Below, piece after piece: positions 50,957 through 61,424 of a DNA stretch of 64,000 nt. Location of the stretch: the IMG/VR virus record IMGVR_UViG_3300028591_000142, positions 1-64,000 of that record; one strand, 5' to 3'. The notes below the pieces were generated by a model, which was not told the DNA's origin, ran no database searches, and was given only the letters and a program-made list of their open reading frames with translations. Source of the stretch: a virus. Taxonomy: Duplodnaviria; Caudoviricetes. Both the position numbers and the translations under genes were made by a program. How positions within the stretch are numbered: position 1 is the stretch's first letter; each line of letters opens with the position of its first letter.

Positions 50957-51997
50957 TTATTTCTGCATCTGTGATAAATACTCGTTTATCTTCTGATTAG
51001 TCTTTTCTTGACGCTTTTCTCTAATATGAGTATAGATATCTTGTGTTACTTTGACAGAGGCGTGTCCCATTATTTGTTGCGCCTCTTTAACAGGAACATC
51101 ACTTTCATATAAAAATGTTGCGTATGCGTGTCTAAGCTGGTGTGGTGTCAAGTTAATTCCAGTTTCCTTTACATACCTATCCCACTTCTTACGGAATGAA
51201 GATTTTGTTAATGGCGCTTTGCCGCCAAATACAAAATCGTCCGGAGAGGTGGGTTTCAATTTTTCTTTTAACACATCTGGAATAAATACATCCCTTATAC
51301 CGGCCTCTGTTTTTGTGTGCTCAGTTAAGACGGGTTGATTCTGGTTATCTCCGCTATAAGTTATCTGTTTGTGTATATGAACGACGTCTCCGTCAAAATC
51401 TTTCCATTGTAAAGCAAGAGCTTCTCCACGTCTACAACCAGTTAATAAAAGGAAGTACGCAAACAAACCAAAGTCTTTATCAGTCGATGAAAGAATTACA
51501 TCAATATCAGATTGTTCTGGAACCGTTCTTTTTGACTTGTTTAAATTACGAGGAACTCTTGTTGAGTCAACGGGATTGACATCAATATATTCACGTAATA
51601 TTGCATACTTAAAAATCAAATTTAGAACATTTCGCTGAACCCTTACAGTTTGTTGCGAATACTTCTTACTTGCAAGGTCGTCTAATATACGCTGAATATC
51701 GAGCGGTTTGATTTCTTTGATTGGGATATCTCCAAACCAATCTTTTGCTCTTGATATAGCAGGGGAGTATGAAATACGCGTGCCACCTTGTATCTTTTTA
51801 AAATGTTCTTCTCGCCATTCGTCCGCAACAGATGTGAATAAATGGCTCTCAGACACGCTCAGTTGCTCCTCAAACGCTTTTTGCTTACTGCGAAGCTCAT
51901 TATCACTCCTATAATAAAACGACTTTTTAACCCTATTACCGTTAACGTAGTAGGTAACTTGTTTGAGATAATATCCATCAGGTCTTTTCTTAGGCAT
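50957..51997 (-). CDS. int: tyrosine integrase
   Basis: TGCRRGE; HQLRH; MGH; IYTH catalytic residues. Confidence 0.95.
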   Translation of the reverse strand: MPKKRPDGYYLKQVTYYVNGNRVKKSFYYRSDNELRSKQKAFEEQLSVSESHLFTSVADEWREEHFKKIQGGTRISYSPAISRAKDWFGDIPIKEIKPLDIQRILDDLASKKYSQQTVRVQRNVLNLIFKYAILREYIDVNPVDSTRVPRNLNKSKRTVPEQSDIDVILSSTDKDFGLFAYFLLLTGCRRGEALALQWKDFDGDVVHIHKQITYSGDNQNQPVLTEHTKTEAGIRDVFIPDVLKEKLKPTSPDDFVFGGKAPLTKSSFRKKWDRYVKETGINLTPHQLRHAYATFLYESDVPVKEAQQIMGHASVKVTQDIYTHIREKRQEKTNQKINEYLSQMQK

Positions 51998-52345
51998 ATC
52001 ACACCTCTGTCAATAATCAAAGTATATAGTATTAAAGTTAGTATTATATAATACTGTATTTCGAATAAAATGTCAAGATTATATCACTTTAAATATATTG
52101 TATCACCGTAGTGATATAATACAATTAAAATGATATAATTCAAAGTGACAAAATTGCACTTTGAAATGTCACTTTGGTGCAAAAATTACACTTTATATAT
52201 TATCGTGCACTACAACCATACAGATACTAAGATTAATATCTATATGTTTGTCAACTAATTGTCAAGTTTTTTCAATTTTACTTGACAAATCTGGGCGCAA
52301 AAAAAGAGAGAACAGTATTAAACTATTCTCTCCTATTTTTATGTA

Positions 52346-52798
52346 TCAATCTTCTTCACCCGGATGCGCGGATTTATAGTCAATTTCCCAATCTTTCATT
52401 TCATCCAGTAATAGGGCTGCATAACTATTCCCGTTCAAACGGTTTACGTATAAATCTTCTACGCTCTTCAGAGCTTTCTTCTCATATAATGGTAATGTCT
52501 GTGTATCGCTATACCTATAAAAGATACCTTTGATTATATTACGGCATTGTTCTTTAGTGAACTCAAGATTTATCTCGTTCATTTCTGCCAAATTATCCTT
52601 GAATTCCTTTTCTTCTTCAATATGCCGCTCCAGCATCTCTTTAATTTCGGCAATACTCTTTTGCAGTTCATCTTGCTCCTTGCGTTTTTTTAATATTTTC
52701 AACACAAAGCTACGAACTGTTTTGGAGCACAATGTCAAAACGGAAGCAGCAGAAAGAATCACGCCAAGAATGGCTGCAATATTTTTTACTACTTCCAT
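52346..52798 (-). CDS. membrane-anchored lysis-module protein
   Basis: N-terminal TM plus coiled coil; Y..LNGNS motif. Confidence 0.65.
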   Translation of the reverse strand: MEVVKNIAAILGVILSAASVLTLCSKTVRSFVLKILKKRKEQDELQKSIAEIKEMLERHIEEEKEFKDNLAEMNEINLEFTKEQCRNIIKGIFYRYSDTQTLPLYEKKALKSVEDLYVNRLNGNSYAALLLDEMKDWEIDYKSAHPGEED

Positions 52799-52801
52799 TT
52801 A

Positions 52802-53197
52802 TTATTCACCTTCTGCTTCCTCATCAAAGTCGTTGTCGCAGTCATCAATCTCATCGTCCAGAAAATCATACCACGCAATTGAGCTATTAAATTCATTAAC
52901 AGCAGACTCAATAAGCATTCTCATTTCAATTTCTGTGACGTGAATACCCTTTTCCCCAAGCATCTCTGTCATTGCTTCCATACACTTATCGAGCTTCTCT
53001 TGGCCGTGAAGCTCTTTGTATATCTGTTCAATAGCTCTGACACAAGTTTTCGCAACAGCTTTCTTCGTTGCGTCATTTAGATGCTCTTGGTACATCTTTT
53101 TAATTTGCGTACCAATGTAACCAGCTAATGCGGTAATAATAATACCGAGTAATTCTTTACCACCATAGTTGTTAAAGAAGTCATTTAAAAAGTTCAT
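52802..53197 (-). CDS. holin (LL-H family-like)
   Basis: One TM; VRAIEQIY..GQEK..LIESAV. Confidence 0.75.
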   Translation of the reverse strand: MNFLNDFFNNYGGKELLGIIITALAGYIGTQIKKMYQEHLNDATKKAVAKTCVRAIEQIYKELHGQEKLDKCMEAMTEMLGEKGIHVTEIEMRMLIESAVNEFNSSIAWYDFLDDEIDDCDNDFDEEAEGE

Positions 53198-53248
53198 AAA
53201 ATACTCCTTTCATAAACATAGCCCACCAATTAAGGTGGGCTATTTTTT

Positions 53249-54397
53249 TTATTTTCCTTTACGTACCAATTTTAAATCACCACGAGCAATAGGCGACATT
53301 ATAGCGTTCTTACCATTAACGTCTTTGTCTATAACAATACGGTTTCCAGAAATACTGAATACAACCCATTGTTTAAGCCTAACCCATAACGGTATCTTAT
53401 TCTTGCTATTGTAATAATACTTTCCTGTAATCTTAACTACGTCGCCAACTTCAATCACGTTTGATTTTGATGTATTGGTTGATGGTTTGGTAGTTGTGGT
53501 TGACGAGGAGCTTACAAGAGTAACATCTTTAATCTTAACCGGACTCATAATTGCATACTGCTTAGCTCTATCCTGGTTGATAATTACCTTATCTCCGGAA
53601 ACACTATATACAACCCACTGACGAGCCTTAACCCAAGACGGAATAACGGCTCCGTTATAATATTTACTACCAGTGATTTTTACAACATCACCAGCTTTAA
53701 TCTTTGTTGATGATGTAGGCTTGGTGGTTGTCGTTTTATCATCTGTCTTAGACAATGTGTTATTAGAACTAGATGGTTTAGAAAAACCATTTAATCCCTT
53801 CTTCTTGATATACACTGGATAATCAAAGTAAGAATAGTTCATATCTACTCTACTCTTAATCCCAGACACAGAGCCCTTGCTAGAATATTGCCACATAGTA
53901 TATGTACCCTTGTATGTAACTTCATTATTATACTGTGCAAGCCATATATCATAACCACCAATATTTTTTACATCAATCTTTGTGGTAAGCCAGTTCTTAT
54001 TTGAGTATAATACTACGCAATAACCAGCAGCCGCAACTGTATCGCAATAAGCCTTGATAATTGATGTTACGAGCGGCTTTGATAATTGATACACCGAAGG
54101 TTCTTCGATATCAAATGCTATAGGATATTCGAGCTGTTTACCCTTTAAATAAGAGAGCGTAAAGTTAGCTTCTTGAATTGCTTTATTAACAGTATCGGCA
54201 TATGAATAATGATATACACCAACCGGGACTCCAGCCTTTTTAGCATTTTTATAATTTGCTTCAAATGTCTCATCCTTTTCATATCTACCGTATCCACCCC
54301 TTAACATAGCAAATCCAATGCCATCTGCTTTTACCTTTCCCCAGTCAATTGATTTTTGAAATGTTGAAACATCAATACCTTTTGCAATAACTTTCAT
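53249..54397 (-). CDS. GH25 endolysin with two C-terminal SH3-like repeats
   Basis: GIDVSTFQ; FDIEE; WQYSS; VDMN; duplicated GDVVKITG..IP.WV..QWVV. Confidence 0.92.
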   Translation of the reverse strand: MKVIAKGIDVSTFQKSIDWGKVKADGIGFAMLRGGYGRYEKDETFEANYKNAKKAGVPVGVYHYSYADTVNKAIQEANFTLSYLKGKQLEYPIAFDIEEPSVYQLSKPLVTSIIKAYCDTVAAAGYCVVLYSNKNWLTTKIDVKNIGGYDIWLAQYNNEVTYKGTYTMWQYSSKGSVSGIKSRVDMNYSYFDYPVYIKKKGLNGFSKPSSSNNTLSKTDDKTTTTKPTSSTKIKAGDVVKITGSKYYNGAVIPSWVKARQWVVYSVSGDKVIINQDRAKQYAIMSPVKIKDVTLVSSSSTTTTKPSTNTSKSNVIEVGDVVKITGKYYYNSKNKIPLWVRLKQWVVFSISGNRIVIDKDVNGKNAIMSPIARGDLKLVRKGK

Positions 54398-54434
54398 ATT
54401 TTTCTCCTTTTAATCTATAGTTTATTTTTCAAAA

Positions 54435-55820
54435 TTAAGAAGTTTTTATATAACGGATTGTTACATATTCTGTTAATGGATAAGTAAACACTTCATTATT
54501 TACAATTTCAGTAAAGATTCGACCTGTTGTTGGCGTAGAACGCTCATAAAATGCTGAAACCGACGCTACTATTTTACCATCAGCCATAACTATGCCTTGT
54601 CCCATTGTCTGCTTGTCTGCGGCAATTAAAATACAATCCATTGCAACACAACTGCCAATTTCAGTATCTTCGATTTCGATTTTATGTTCAAGGTCACTGC
54701 TATCGGCTATATTAGCAACAAATGTTCTTTCATATAACTTGCTACCATCAATCCAAGTACCAACTTCGTGTTCTTCAGTAGAATAATTAACTTTAGGAGG
54801 TAAAAACTTTTCATCTATTTTCTTAAGTTCTCCTTCTCCTATTACTACGTTTTCTAATTCAACACCAAGAATATCATCACTTATACCTTCTTCCATAAAT
54901 ACAACAACGCAATCTCCAGGAGAATATATATCTTCAGTCCCATTGAATTTTTCATTAATTGTTATTCCACAATATAAGTCAGAATCTTTTATACATAAAA
55001 CTGAATAAGTGTTATCAAAGTTGCCGCCTTCTCTAACTGTAACTGTTGCAGAGACGCTTTGACCGGATTTAGAAATTGTAGAAAATTGGATATTATCACC
55101 TGTTGTATATGGAAAATCAAACAGACGATAATTTTTATAATAGACTGTTACACCTTGTATAGTTGTTGGCTGTGCATCTTTAATAAGGAACCGATTAGTT
55201 GGAACTCTGCTATCATAGAATGGTCTGTTTTTAATGAATGACGTAGAATCTGTATCGTTATCATTCCAATCAGTTGCTACATATTTCTGAGGAATTTTAG
55301 TTATATTTTCAGAAATCAGATGTAAATCTACAAGTTGAAGTGCATCTGCTATATTTGATGCAGCCATAATTGTAATTTTACCTGGAACGTAAGGTGGATT
55401 AGTACTCGTTTCGTGTAACTCTGTATTCAATGCGCATACCATTGTCATCTCACCATTGACGTAACCTGCAATGATAGTAACCCTACTTGGCAATCTTGCA
55501 ATATCAATTTCACCCTGAAATGTTGTTTTAAAGTCTACCCACTGCCCACTATCTTTCAGTCTTACCTTCGCATCGACAGTCTCTGCGTCATCAGGCAAAT
55601 CTATATAACCGTCAAATACAAAGAATGCAGGTACATCGGAAAAATCTCCAAGTTCAAAAATTGCATCTTCTGACGTTTCTTCTGTATAAAACGGGCGATT
55701 TTTAATATAGCTCATTTTTGAGCTATCGTTTTGATTCCAGTCACTCTGTACGGCTCCTGACGGGGAGCCCCCGCCATTAACCGAACTACCAAGTGCAAAA
55801 CTGAAAGCATCAAATGACAT
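54435..55820 (-). CDS. tail fibre / receptor-binding-like protein
   Basis: DWN.ND....IKNRPFY repeated twice; C-terminal YSTEEHEVGTWIDG..LY; tail-module context. Confidence 0.65.
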   Translation of the reverse strand: MSFDAFSFALGSSVNGGGSPSGAVQSDWNQNDSSKMSYIKNRPFYTEETSEDAIFELGDFSDVPAFFVFDGYIDLPDDAETVDAKVRLKDSGQWVDFKTTFQGEIDIARLPSRVTIIAGYVNGEMTMVCALNTELHETSTNPPYVPGKITIMAASNIADALQLVDLHLISENITKIPQKYVATDWNDNDTDSTSFIKNRPFYDSRVPTNRFLIKDAQPTTIQGVTVYYKNYRLFDFPYTTGDNIQFSTISKSGQSVSATVTVREGGNFDNTYSVLCIKDSDLYCGITINEKFNGTEDIYSPGDCVVVFMEEGISDDILGVELENVVIGEGELKKIDEKFLPPKVNYSTEEHEVGTWIDGSKLYERTFVANIADSSDLEHKIEIEDTEIGSCVAMDCILIAADKQTMGQGIVMADGKIVASVSAFYERSTPTTGRIFTEIVNNEVFTYPLTEYVTIRYIKTS

Positions 55821-56011
55821 TATTCGTCACCCCCAAATGCAGTCCACTCACCAGCTTCAATACAGAAATACACCTTACCCTCAGCCATAACCATAGCTCT
55901 ATCGCCAGGCTTAGGAGTAATGCTTTCAAGAGCCGCTGCTGATTTAGCTAAATATTCGTTATATTCAATTGTCGGTCTGTCTTTATAACCGACTTTAATT
56001 ATGTCTGCCAT
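55820..56011 (-). CDS. small tail-associated protein
   Basis: RBS ggagg; coupled to the next gene. Confidence 0.65.
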   Translation of the reverse strand: MADIIKVGYKDRPTIEYNEYLAKSAAALESITPKPGDRAMVMAEGKVYFCIEAGEWTAFGGDE

Positions 56012-56036
56012 ATTTACCTCCTAATTAGTTAGTGAT

Positions 56037-57863
56037 TTATAAACAGAATCCAAAGCAAACGCTGATAAACGAAGTCGCGCTTCCGTTAGCAGCACCGCCA
56101 TTAGTACCATTTATACAAATTACATATGCGTTGTTGTCAGGTCTTCTCATTCTACTTCTTGTTAAATATGAAGTATTTGCTAAGCTACTAGACTTTTTTC
56201 TACTTGTGGCGTCCGGAAATCTTGCGTATTGTGCACCCTGAGTCTTTCTTTCATAATAAGAACCCAAGTCAGCATCTACCGGGTTGGTAACTATTACATA
56301 TACATTGTCCTCAAGTTTATAATAAGTTTTACTAGATTCAACGGTAGTATCAGATGTCAAGAAGTAATACTCTGATAAATACATCTCTTTGCTCTGGTAA
56401 ATATAAGTCAACAAACCCAATTCACCTAGCGACGGGATGAATATTTTGTCTTTTACTGTTTGTATGCTGGTATTATCGTCATAGTCCTTATCTACTATCT
56501 TGATAGCCTTTTGTAGATTTTCCGGGAAAGATTTATAAACATCCCATAACATTTTTCTTAAGGTACATCCGTATATTAATTTATCGTTTGCATCTACGTC
56601 AAGAGAAACCTTGTAAATATCTCCGCTAGCTGCACCCCATCCACCGTTATTACCGGTGCCGGGAGTGGTGTCGCTTGTGGTGAGAGCATTATATCTATAA
56701 GAGTAATTCAACCATCTACCAATAAATGTTAAGGCAGCTTTATTATTATGAGTTAACTTAGTTAAAACTAATGTAAACTCATCGCCTGCGGCAATATTCC
56801 ACCTCCACGATGCTGTGTCACTGGGCAATATAGATGTTGTTCCGCCAGAATAACTAATCTTACCACCGTCGACTATTATAAAATTTCCATTATCATAATA
56901 TAAAATATTATATCCGTCGAACATTTCTGACACATCAGCTCCGGCATATACGGTCATTGTGTTTTCAAAAAGCTTTACTCCGTTTGAGTAGACTTTACCC
57001 GTATATACATCTCCGACATTAAGTTTTGAACTTAAATTAACATCGCCATAGGTAAGATAATCCTCACCAAGCGTACCATCCCGATTTACAATTTCCATCT
57101 TACTTAAAATATCGTGTTCTTTACCAGTAACTTCAAGCTGAATTGCCATCGGAATACCGCAAGGTCTACTGCTTTCTGATGTAAGATAATTAAACTCCAG
57201 AGTCTTAGTATCACCTATATTGTAAAAATCAGTACCATATCTATCTGCGTTTGCCATAATGGTTTCCCAGTCATCTTCAATTGTGTCTCCCCATTTTACA
57301 GTTGACCTTTCGGTCTTAGCGACTTTGTGTGCGACAATCGTTTGTCTGTATGATAAGCCAACACCCCATCTCCACGATGCTGTTTCGCTCGGTGATATTG
57401 AAATAGGCGTAGTCGAATAATTAAATGAACCATTTTTCACGACGGTGACAAGTTTTGTCTTTTCAAAATATGTACTAAGACCTGCCGCTGTTGGAGACTG
57501 AATAGCCGTATAAACACCAGCAAATAAACCGTAATATGTTTTACCAGACACAACACTTGTGTCTGTCGTAGGAAGATATTTTGTAAAATCCAAAACATCA
57601 TAACCAGAATATATATCCTCGCCAGCTTCTGCATATACATCGGTTTCAAACCAAACGGCATCTTGATTATTAAGCACAGAAATGTGATATTTATCACCGA
57701 CCTCAAAATCAATCGACGTATCAAATTCGCCATATACATAATTATCTATGCCCATCGTGCCACCTGTGTTCAGTATAGTAAAATCGGTGGGTATAGGCGG
57801 AACGGGGGTTTCACCACCAGCAGCTTTAGAACCTATCACAAAGCTTAAAACATCAATAGCCAT
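56037..57863 (-). CDS. mosaic tail/adhesion protein (DUF6273-like core with inserted modules)
   Basis: IGDTK; DKIFIPSLGEL; TRS; C-terminal CFGFCL; internal duplications. Confidence 0.65.
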   Translation of the reverse strand: MAIDVLSFVIGSKAAGGETPVPPIPTDFTILNTGGTMGIDNYVYGEFDTSIDFEVGDKYHISVLNNQDAVWFETDVYAEAGEDIYSGYDVLDFTKYLPTTDTSVVSGKTYYGLFAGVYTAIQSPTAAGLSTYFEKTKLVTVVKNGSFNYSTTPISISPSETASWRWGVGLSYRQTIVAHKVAKTERSTVKWGDTIEDDWETIMANADRYGTDFYNIGDTKTLEFNYLTSESSRPCGIPMAIQLEVTGKEHDILSKMEIVNRDGTLGEDYLTYGDVNLSSKLNVGDVYTGKVYSNGVKLFENTMTVYAGADVSEMFDGYNILYYDNGNFIIVDGGKISYSGGTTSILPSDTASWRWNIAAGDEFTLVLTKLTHNNKAALTFIGRWLNYSYRYNALTTSDTTPGTGNNGGWGAASGDIYKVSLDVDANDKLIYGCTLRKMLWDVYKSFPENLQKAIKIVDKDYDDNTSIQTVKDKIFIPSLGELGLLTYIYQSKEMYLSEYYFLTSDTTVESSKTYYKLEDNVYVIVTNPVDADLGSYYERKTQGAQYARFPDATSRKKSSSLANTSYLTRSRMRRPDNNAYVICINGTNGGAANGSATSFISVCFGFCL

Positions 57864-57864
57864 T

Positions 57865-58827
57865 TTATCCCTCCTGATTACTTACCTCGTCATTGCAGGG
57901 CACAGCGTCAATTCTTATAGGTATTGGTTTAACGCGCCAGATAAAACTGGTTAAGTTATTTAAATCAAAGTACGCGTTTACAAAATCAATTACTTCCTGT
58001 CTCTGTTCTTCTGTAATGTCTAAATTAGTACCTACGATTTTAAAATCTAACGAATGTCTGAAACCACTTGATACAGAATCCCAACCTTCCGATATAGTAT
58101 AAGTAATATCACAGGGATAGGTGTCGTTAATTTCAGAAGTTATATCATCTATAGTATATAAGGTTCCGCTATAATCAAAGAACAGGGTGTCAATTTCCTC
58201 TTCTGTTACCACACCTCCCATTCCTGTTGGCGGGTGTGGGTTTGTAGTAAAGTTTTTAATCTCCCATCCATCATCATTACTTATGTTAAAATAAAAATTC
58301 GCACGTAATACAGTGTTTTTCGGACTTATATTAACATAACGGCTGAATAGTTCAGAGTTTTCGTTTGTGTCAACCCATACATCATACCCAACACTTCTTG
58401 TTAAGTCTGAATTAGTTTTTTCTAACGATACTTTCATTTCGTTAATTTCAGCACTTAGCAGCTCTATACTTGTATAATGTACGTTCTCACTATATTCATA
58501 ATCATCCGGCACAGCTCGCTTAATAATAGGAATTTTGATAGTGTCGGAGGTTCTATATGCTTTTTCACCTGTTTCAGAATACAGATAAATGAACATAGCT
58601 TCAGGATACTTAAATAATATATTGGGTATAGAAACCGTAATACTATGTTCGTCAATAATAGAAGGTGCTACAACAAATGCTGTGGGAAATGTTCTACTGG
58701 TAAAATGTACCATCATATTTTCTGTATTAAAAATATTTGTTATCTTTAATACCTGATTAACATCCCATTGATACATCTCGGTAATCGGATTATCATAAAT
58801 ATCAAGCACCTTGATTTTATTATCCAT
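57865..58827 (-). CDS. baseplate/BppU-like tail protein
   Basis: YQWDVNQVL..VHF..VSIPN..R.VPDDY.Y N-terminal pattern. Confidence 0.65.
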   Translation of the reverse strand: MDNKIKVLDIYDNPITEMYQWDVNQVLKITNIFNTENMMVHFTSRTFPTAFVVAPSIIDEHSITVSIPNILFKYPEAMFIYLYSETGEKAYRTSDTIKIPIIKRAVPDDYEYSENVHYTSIELLSAEINEMKVSLEKTNSDLTRSVGYDVWVDTNENSELFSRYVNISPKNTVLRANFYFNISNDDGWEIKNFTTNPHPPTGMGGVVTEEEIDTLFFDYSGTLYTIDDITSEINDTYPCDITYTISEGWDSVSSGFRHSLDFKIVGTNLDITEEQRQEVIDFVNAYFDLNNLTSFIWRVKPIPIRIDAVPCNDEVSNQEG

Positions 58828-58855
58828 ATTTTTACTCCTTTCTTTTATTTATATA

Positions 58856-58890
58856 TAAAACCACGCTTTGGTACACAGAGCGTGGTTTTA
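58856..58890 (-). terminator. hairpin terminator
   Basis: taaaaccacgctttg-gtaca-cagagcgtggtttta. Confidence 0.65.
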
Positions 58891-58899
58891 TTATGTTTG

Positions 58900-61410
58900 T
58901 TACACACCATATACCCAGGCTAAAACCCAGTTATCATTATCGGTCGCCATTACCCGGTTTGTTACCCAGGTAAATGGGTTGTTATTAAACAAATGACCGC
59001 GAATTACGGTTTTACCATAATCCGACGCATATGTTCCAGTGTCATCCGATTCTTTATAAATATATAAATATTTGTGTCCTAGTCTAGTATACCAATAGTC
59101 AGGGTCTCCAGTACCGGTTGATGTGTGGTGTGCCGGGGATGCCATTATAAACGGGTATCCAAATCCACTACCTAACGATGTGGAACCAGCGGAGATAATA
59201 TTTTTGGGTATAAAAAATGACACCCTATTTGTGCCAATCGAGTCACCAGCACCCTTAAAACAAATACATAATCCGTGTGTTTGGTCTTGCACTCTTTCTG
59301 AAAGCACAATTCTTTCGTCCCCGGTCATTTGTTTTCCGTCAGACAAACCTAAATTATAATAACTCCATAATACGTGATTATTGTGGTTTGGTGCGTTAAA
59401 ATCTCCAACTACACTAAAGTCTCCATTGACTCTAAAATCGTTTTCACCCCAGTCAAAAACAGGTATACCCTTTTGAACAGTAGTCGTATAACTTAGTGAT
59501 GTAAGAGTTACATCTTTATATTCTTCCAAAAACGGGAACCACACATTTGAGTTACCATCTTTTGCATATATTTTAAACTGATAACTTTTTCTATAATCAA
59601 ATGTTTCTGGTAACTCTATTACATTACTATCCGGGGTTTGTCCGTCTGTAGAGCGATATGTTGTAGCCCCGGTTAAAATATTATTTGCGTTAATATAATT
59701 AATTGGGCTATAACTTCCAGTACCAGCTTCTCTATACTGATATCCTATTTTAATTTCATTACTATAGCTTCCGCCAAAATCATCTAAAAACGCATTACCG
59801 CTAAATGTAAGTTTTATAGTATTGTCTGTCGGATTTTCTCTATACAATTTATATTTAAATGTCAAAGGTGTGTATGATATAGACTCACCAGACGGCTGTA
59901 TTGTAAGTGGTGTGTTTTTGTATCCCCTTGAGTCTGTGACCTCGATATTGAAACTGGTTGCTAAAGAACCAATATAACCTATTTCCGATATTGGTGAGAC
60001 ACTAGGAATATATTCATTATTTACCTTAATTGATTCGATATCGGCTCCATATTTTACTGTCGTATTAATAGTAAGTTGCGCCAATGAGTAACCTGGTATT
60101 AAAATATTCTCACTCTCAGTAAGATTCACCATATCGCTTGTGTCGATAACCGTACCTGTCACAACAGGCCTGCTCTCAGACTCTTTTGTCTTTACGTTAA
60201 ACGTAGACGTCGTACTACCTAATGCACTACTAGCACTACTAGATGTATATGTGTAGCAAGTAAGCGTGCAAACTTCAGATTGCTTATTAGGCATCCAGTT
60301 AAAAAACGTTGTTGCTGTGGCAAGAGAAAACGATGTCGCTACAAACTTAGACTCAGTAGAACTTAAAGAGCCCACGCCGTCGCTAACACTAATCCACCAG
60401 GTTTTACTACCAACCTTTGCCTTGATACTATGATAGTATGATGTATTGTACCGCGTAACTGTAACGGTAATAGAGCCAGTTGCGCCAGACATATCACCAC
60501 TAGATTTCGCAGTGGTTAATAGCTGTTTCCCGCTAACTACTACAGTAGTATTACCAGATACAGTGTACGTGTTTCCACTAGTAAATGTCGAACCATTAAC
60601 CGTGTGTGTGTCTACTTGATACGTACTTGATGAAACAGAAAATGTTATTTGTAATTTATCATTTTTGTACAACACAGCGTTATTTGATAAGTTACCGGTA
60701 CTTCCGTAATTAGATGACGTCCTCTTGACTGTTACTTGTCCATACGAGGATGTGGATATGGTTAATTTATATGTTTGTTCTGCGCTAGACGTTACAGAAA
60801 CATTTCCAGATACAGTGTGGGTGTTCCCAGATGTGAATGATGAGTTATTAACCTTATGAGATGATACGATAAAACCACTATCAGCCCCAAATGAGATTTC
60901 TAATTTATCACCTTTGTATAATCTCGTGCCGTCGGCTATATTTCCAATAGAAGCACCGGTATAACCGGATGATGTTCTGTTTACTGTTATTTTTGAATGA
61001 GAGTCGGCGGATATATCTAGCGTATATGTATCTATTTTTGTAAGGTCGATTGTTCCTCCATAATCCTGAACAGTGCTATTATAAACCTGAGTTTTAAAAA
61101 CGACAGTTACGCCTGTCTTTGTACCGTTTGCATTATGAGTTACCGTTATTTTACCAGATGTACTACCAGTCTTTGCTGGAAATACCTCGTCACTCCAAGA
61201 TGTTTCACCTTTATGATAAACCTGTGTCCCGTTTATCTTAACAGTTGTTTCAGCTATACTATAAAATGTAGCAGAGCCACCAGAAGACTTTAATGTCCAG
61301 TTGAGCGTTGATGTATTTTTATCGGCATTAACCGTCTCTGATATTGTTAGTGTTAATTTACGCCCGCTATATGTGTTACTTGTAAACGTATGTGGTAGAC
61401 TATATGCCAT
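58900..61410 (-). CDS. siphovirus minor tail protein (DUF859/Gp37-like with Ig-like repeats)
   Basis: Ser/Thr-rich beta repeats; VTDSRG; PVFDWG. Confidence 0.7.
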   Translation of the reverse strand: MAYSLPHTFTSNTYSGRKLTLTISETVNADKNTSTLNWTLKSSGGSATFYSIAETTVKINGTQVYHKGETSWSDEVFPAKTGSTSGKITVTHNANGTKTGVTVVFKTQVYNSTVQDYGGTIDLTKIDTYTLDISADSHSKITVNRTSSGYTGASIGNIADGTRLYKGDKLEISFGADSGFIVSSHKVNNSSFTSGNTHTVSGNVSVTSSAEQTYKLTISTSSYGQVTVKRTSSNYGSTGNLSNNAVLYKNDKLQITFSVSSSTYQVDTHTVNGSTFTSGNTYTVSGNTTVVVSGKQLLTTAKSSGDMSGATGSITVTVTRYNTSYYHSIKAKVGSKTWWISVSDGVGSLSSTESKFVATSFSLATATTFFNWMPNKQSEVCTLTCYTYTSSSASSALGSTTSTFNVKTKESESRPVVTGTVIDTSDMVNLTESENILIPGYSLAQLTINTTVKYGADIESIKVNNEYIPSVSPISEIGYIGSLATSFNIEVTDSRGYKNTPLTIQPSGESISYTPLTFKYKLYRENPTDNTIKLTFSGNAFLDDFGGSYSNEIKIGYQYREAGTGSYSPINYINANNILTGATTYRSTDGQTPDSNVIELPETFDYRKSYQFKIYAKDGNSNVWFPFLEEYKDVTLTSLSYTTTVQKGIPVFDWGENDFRVNGDFSVVGDFNAPNHNNHVLWSYYNLGLSDGKQMTGDERIVLSERVQDQTHGLCICFKGAGDSIGTNRVSFFIPKNIISAGSTSLGSGFGYPFIMASPAHHTSTGTGDPDYWYTRLGHKYLYIYKESDDTGTYASDYGKTVIRGHLFNNNPFTWVTNRVMATDNDNWVLAWVYGV

Positions 61411-61424
61411 TTTTCACACTCCTT

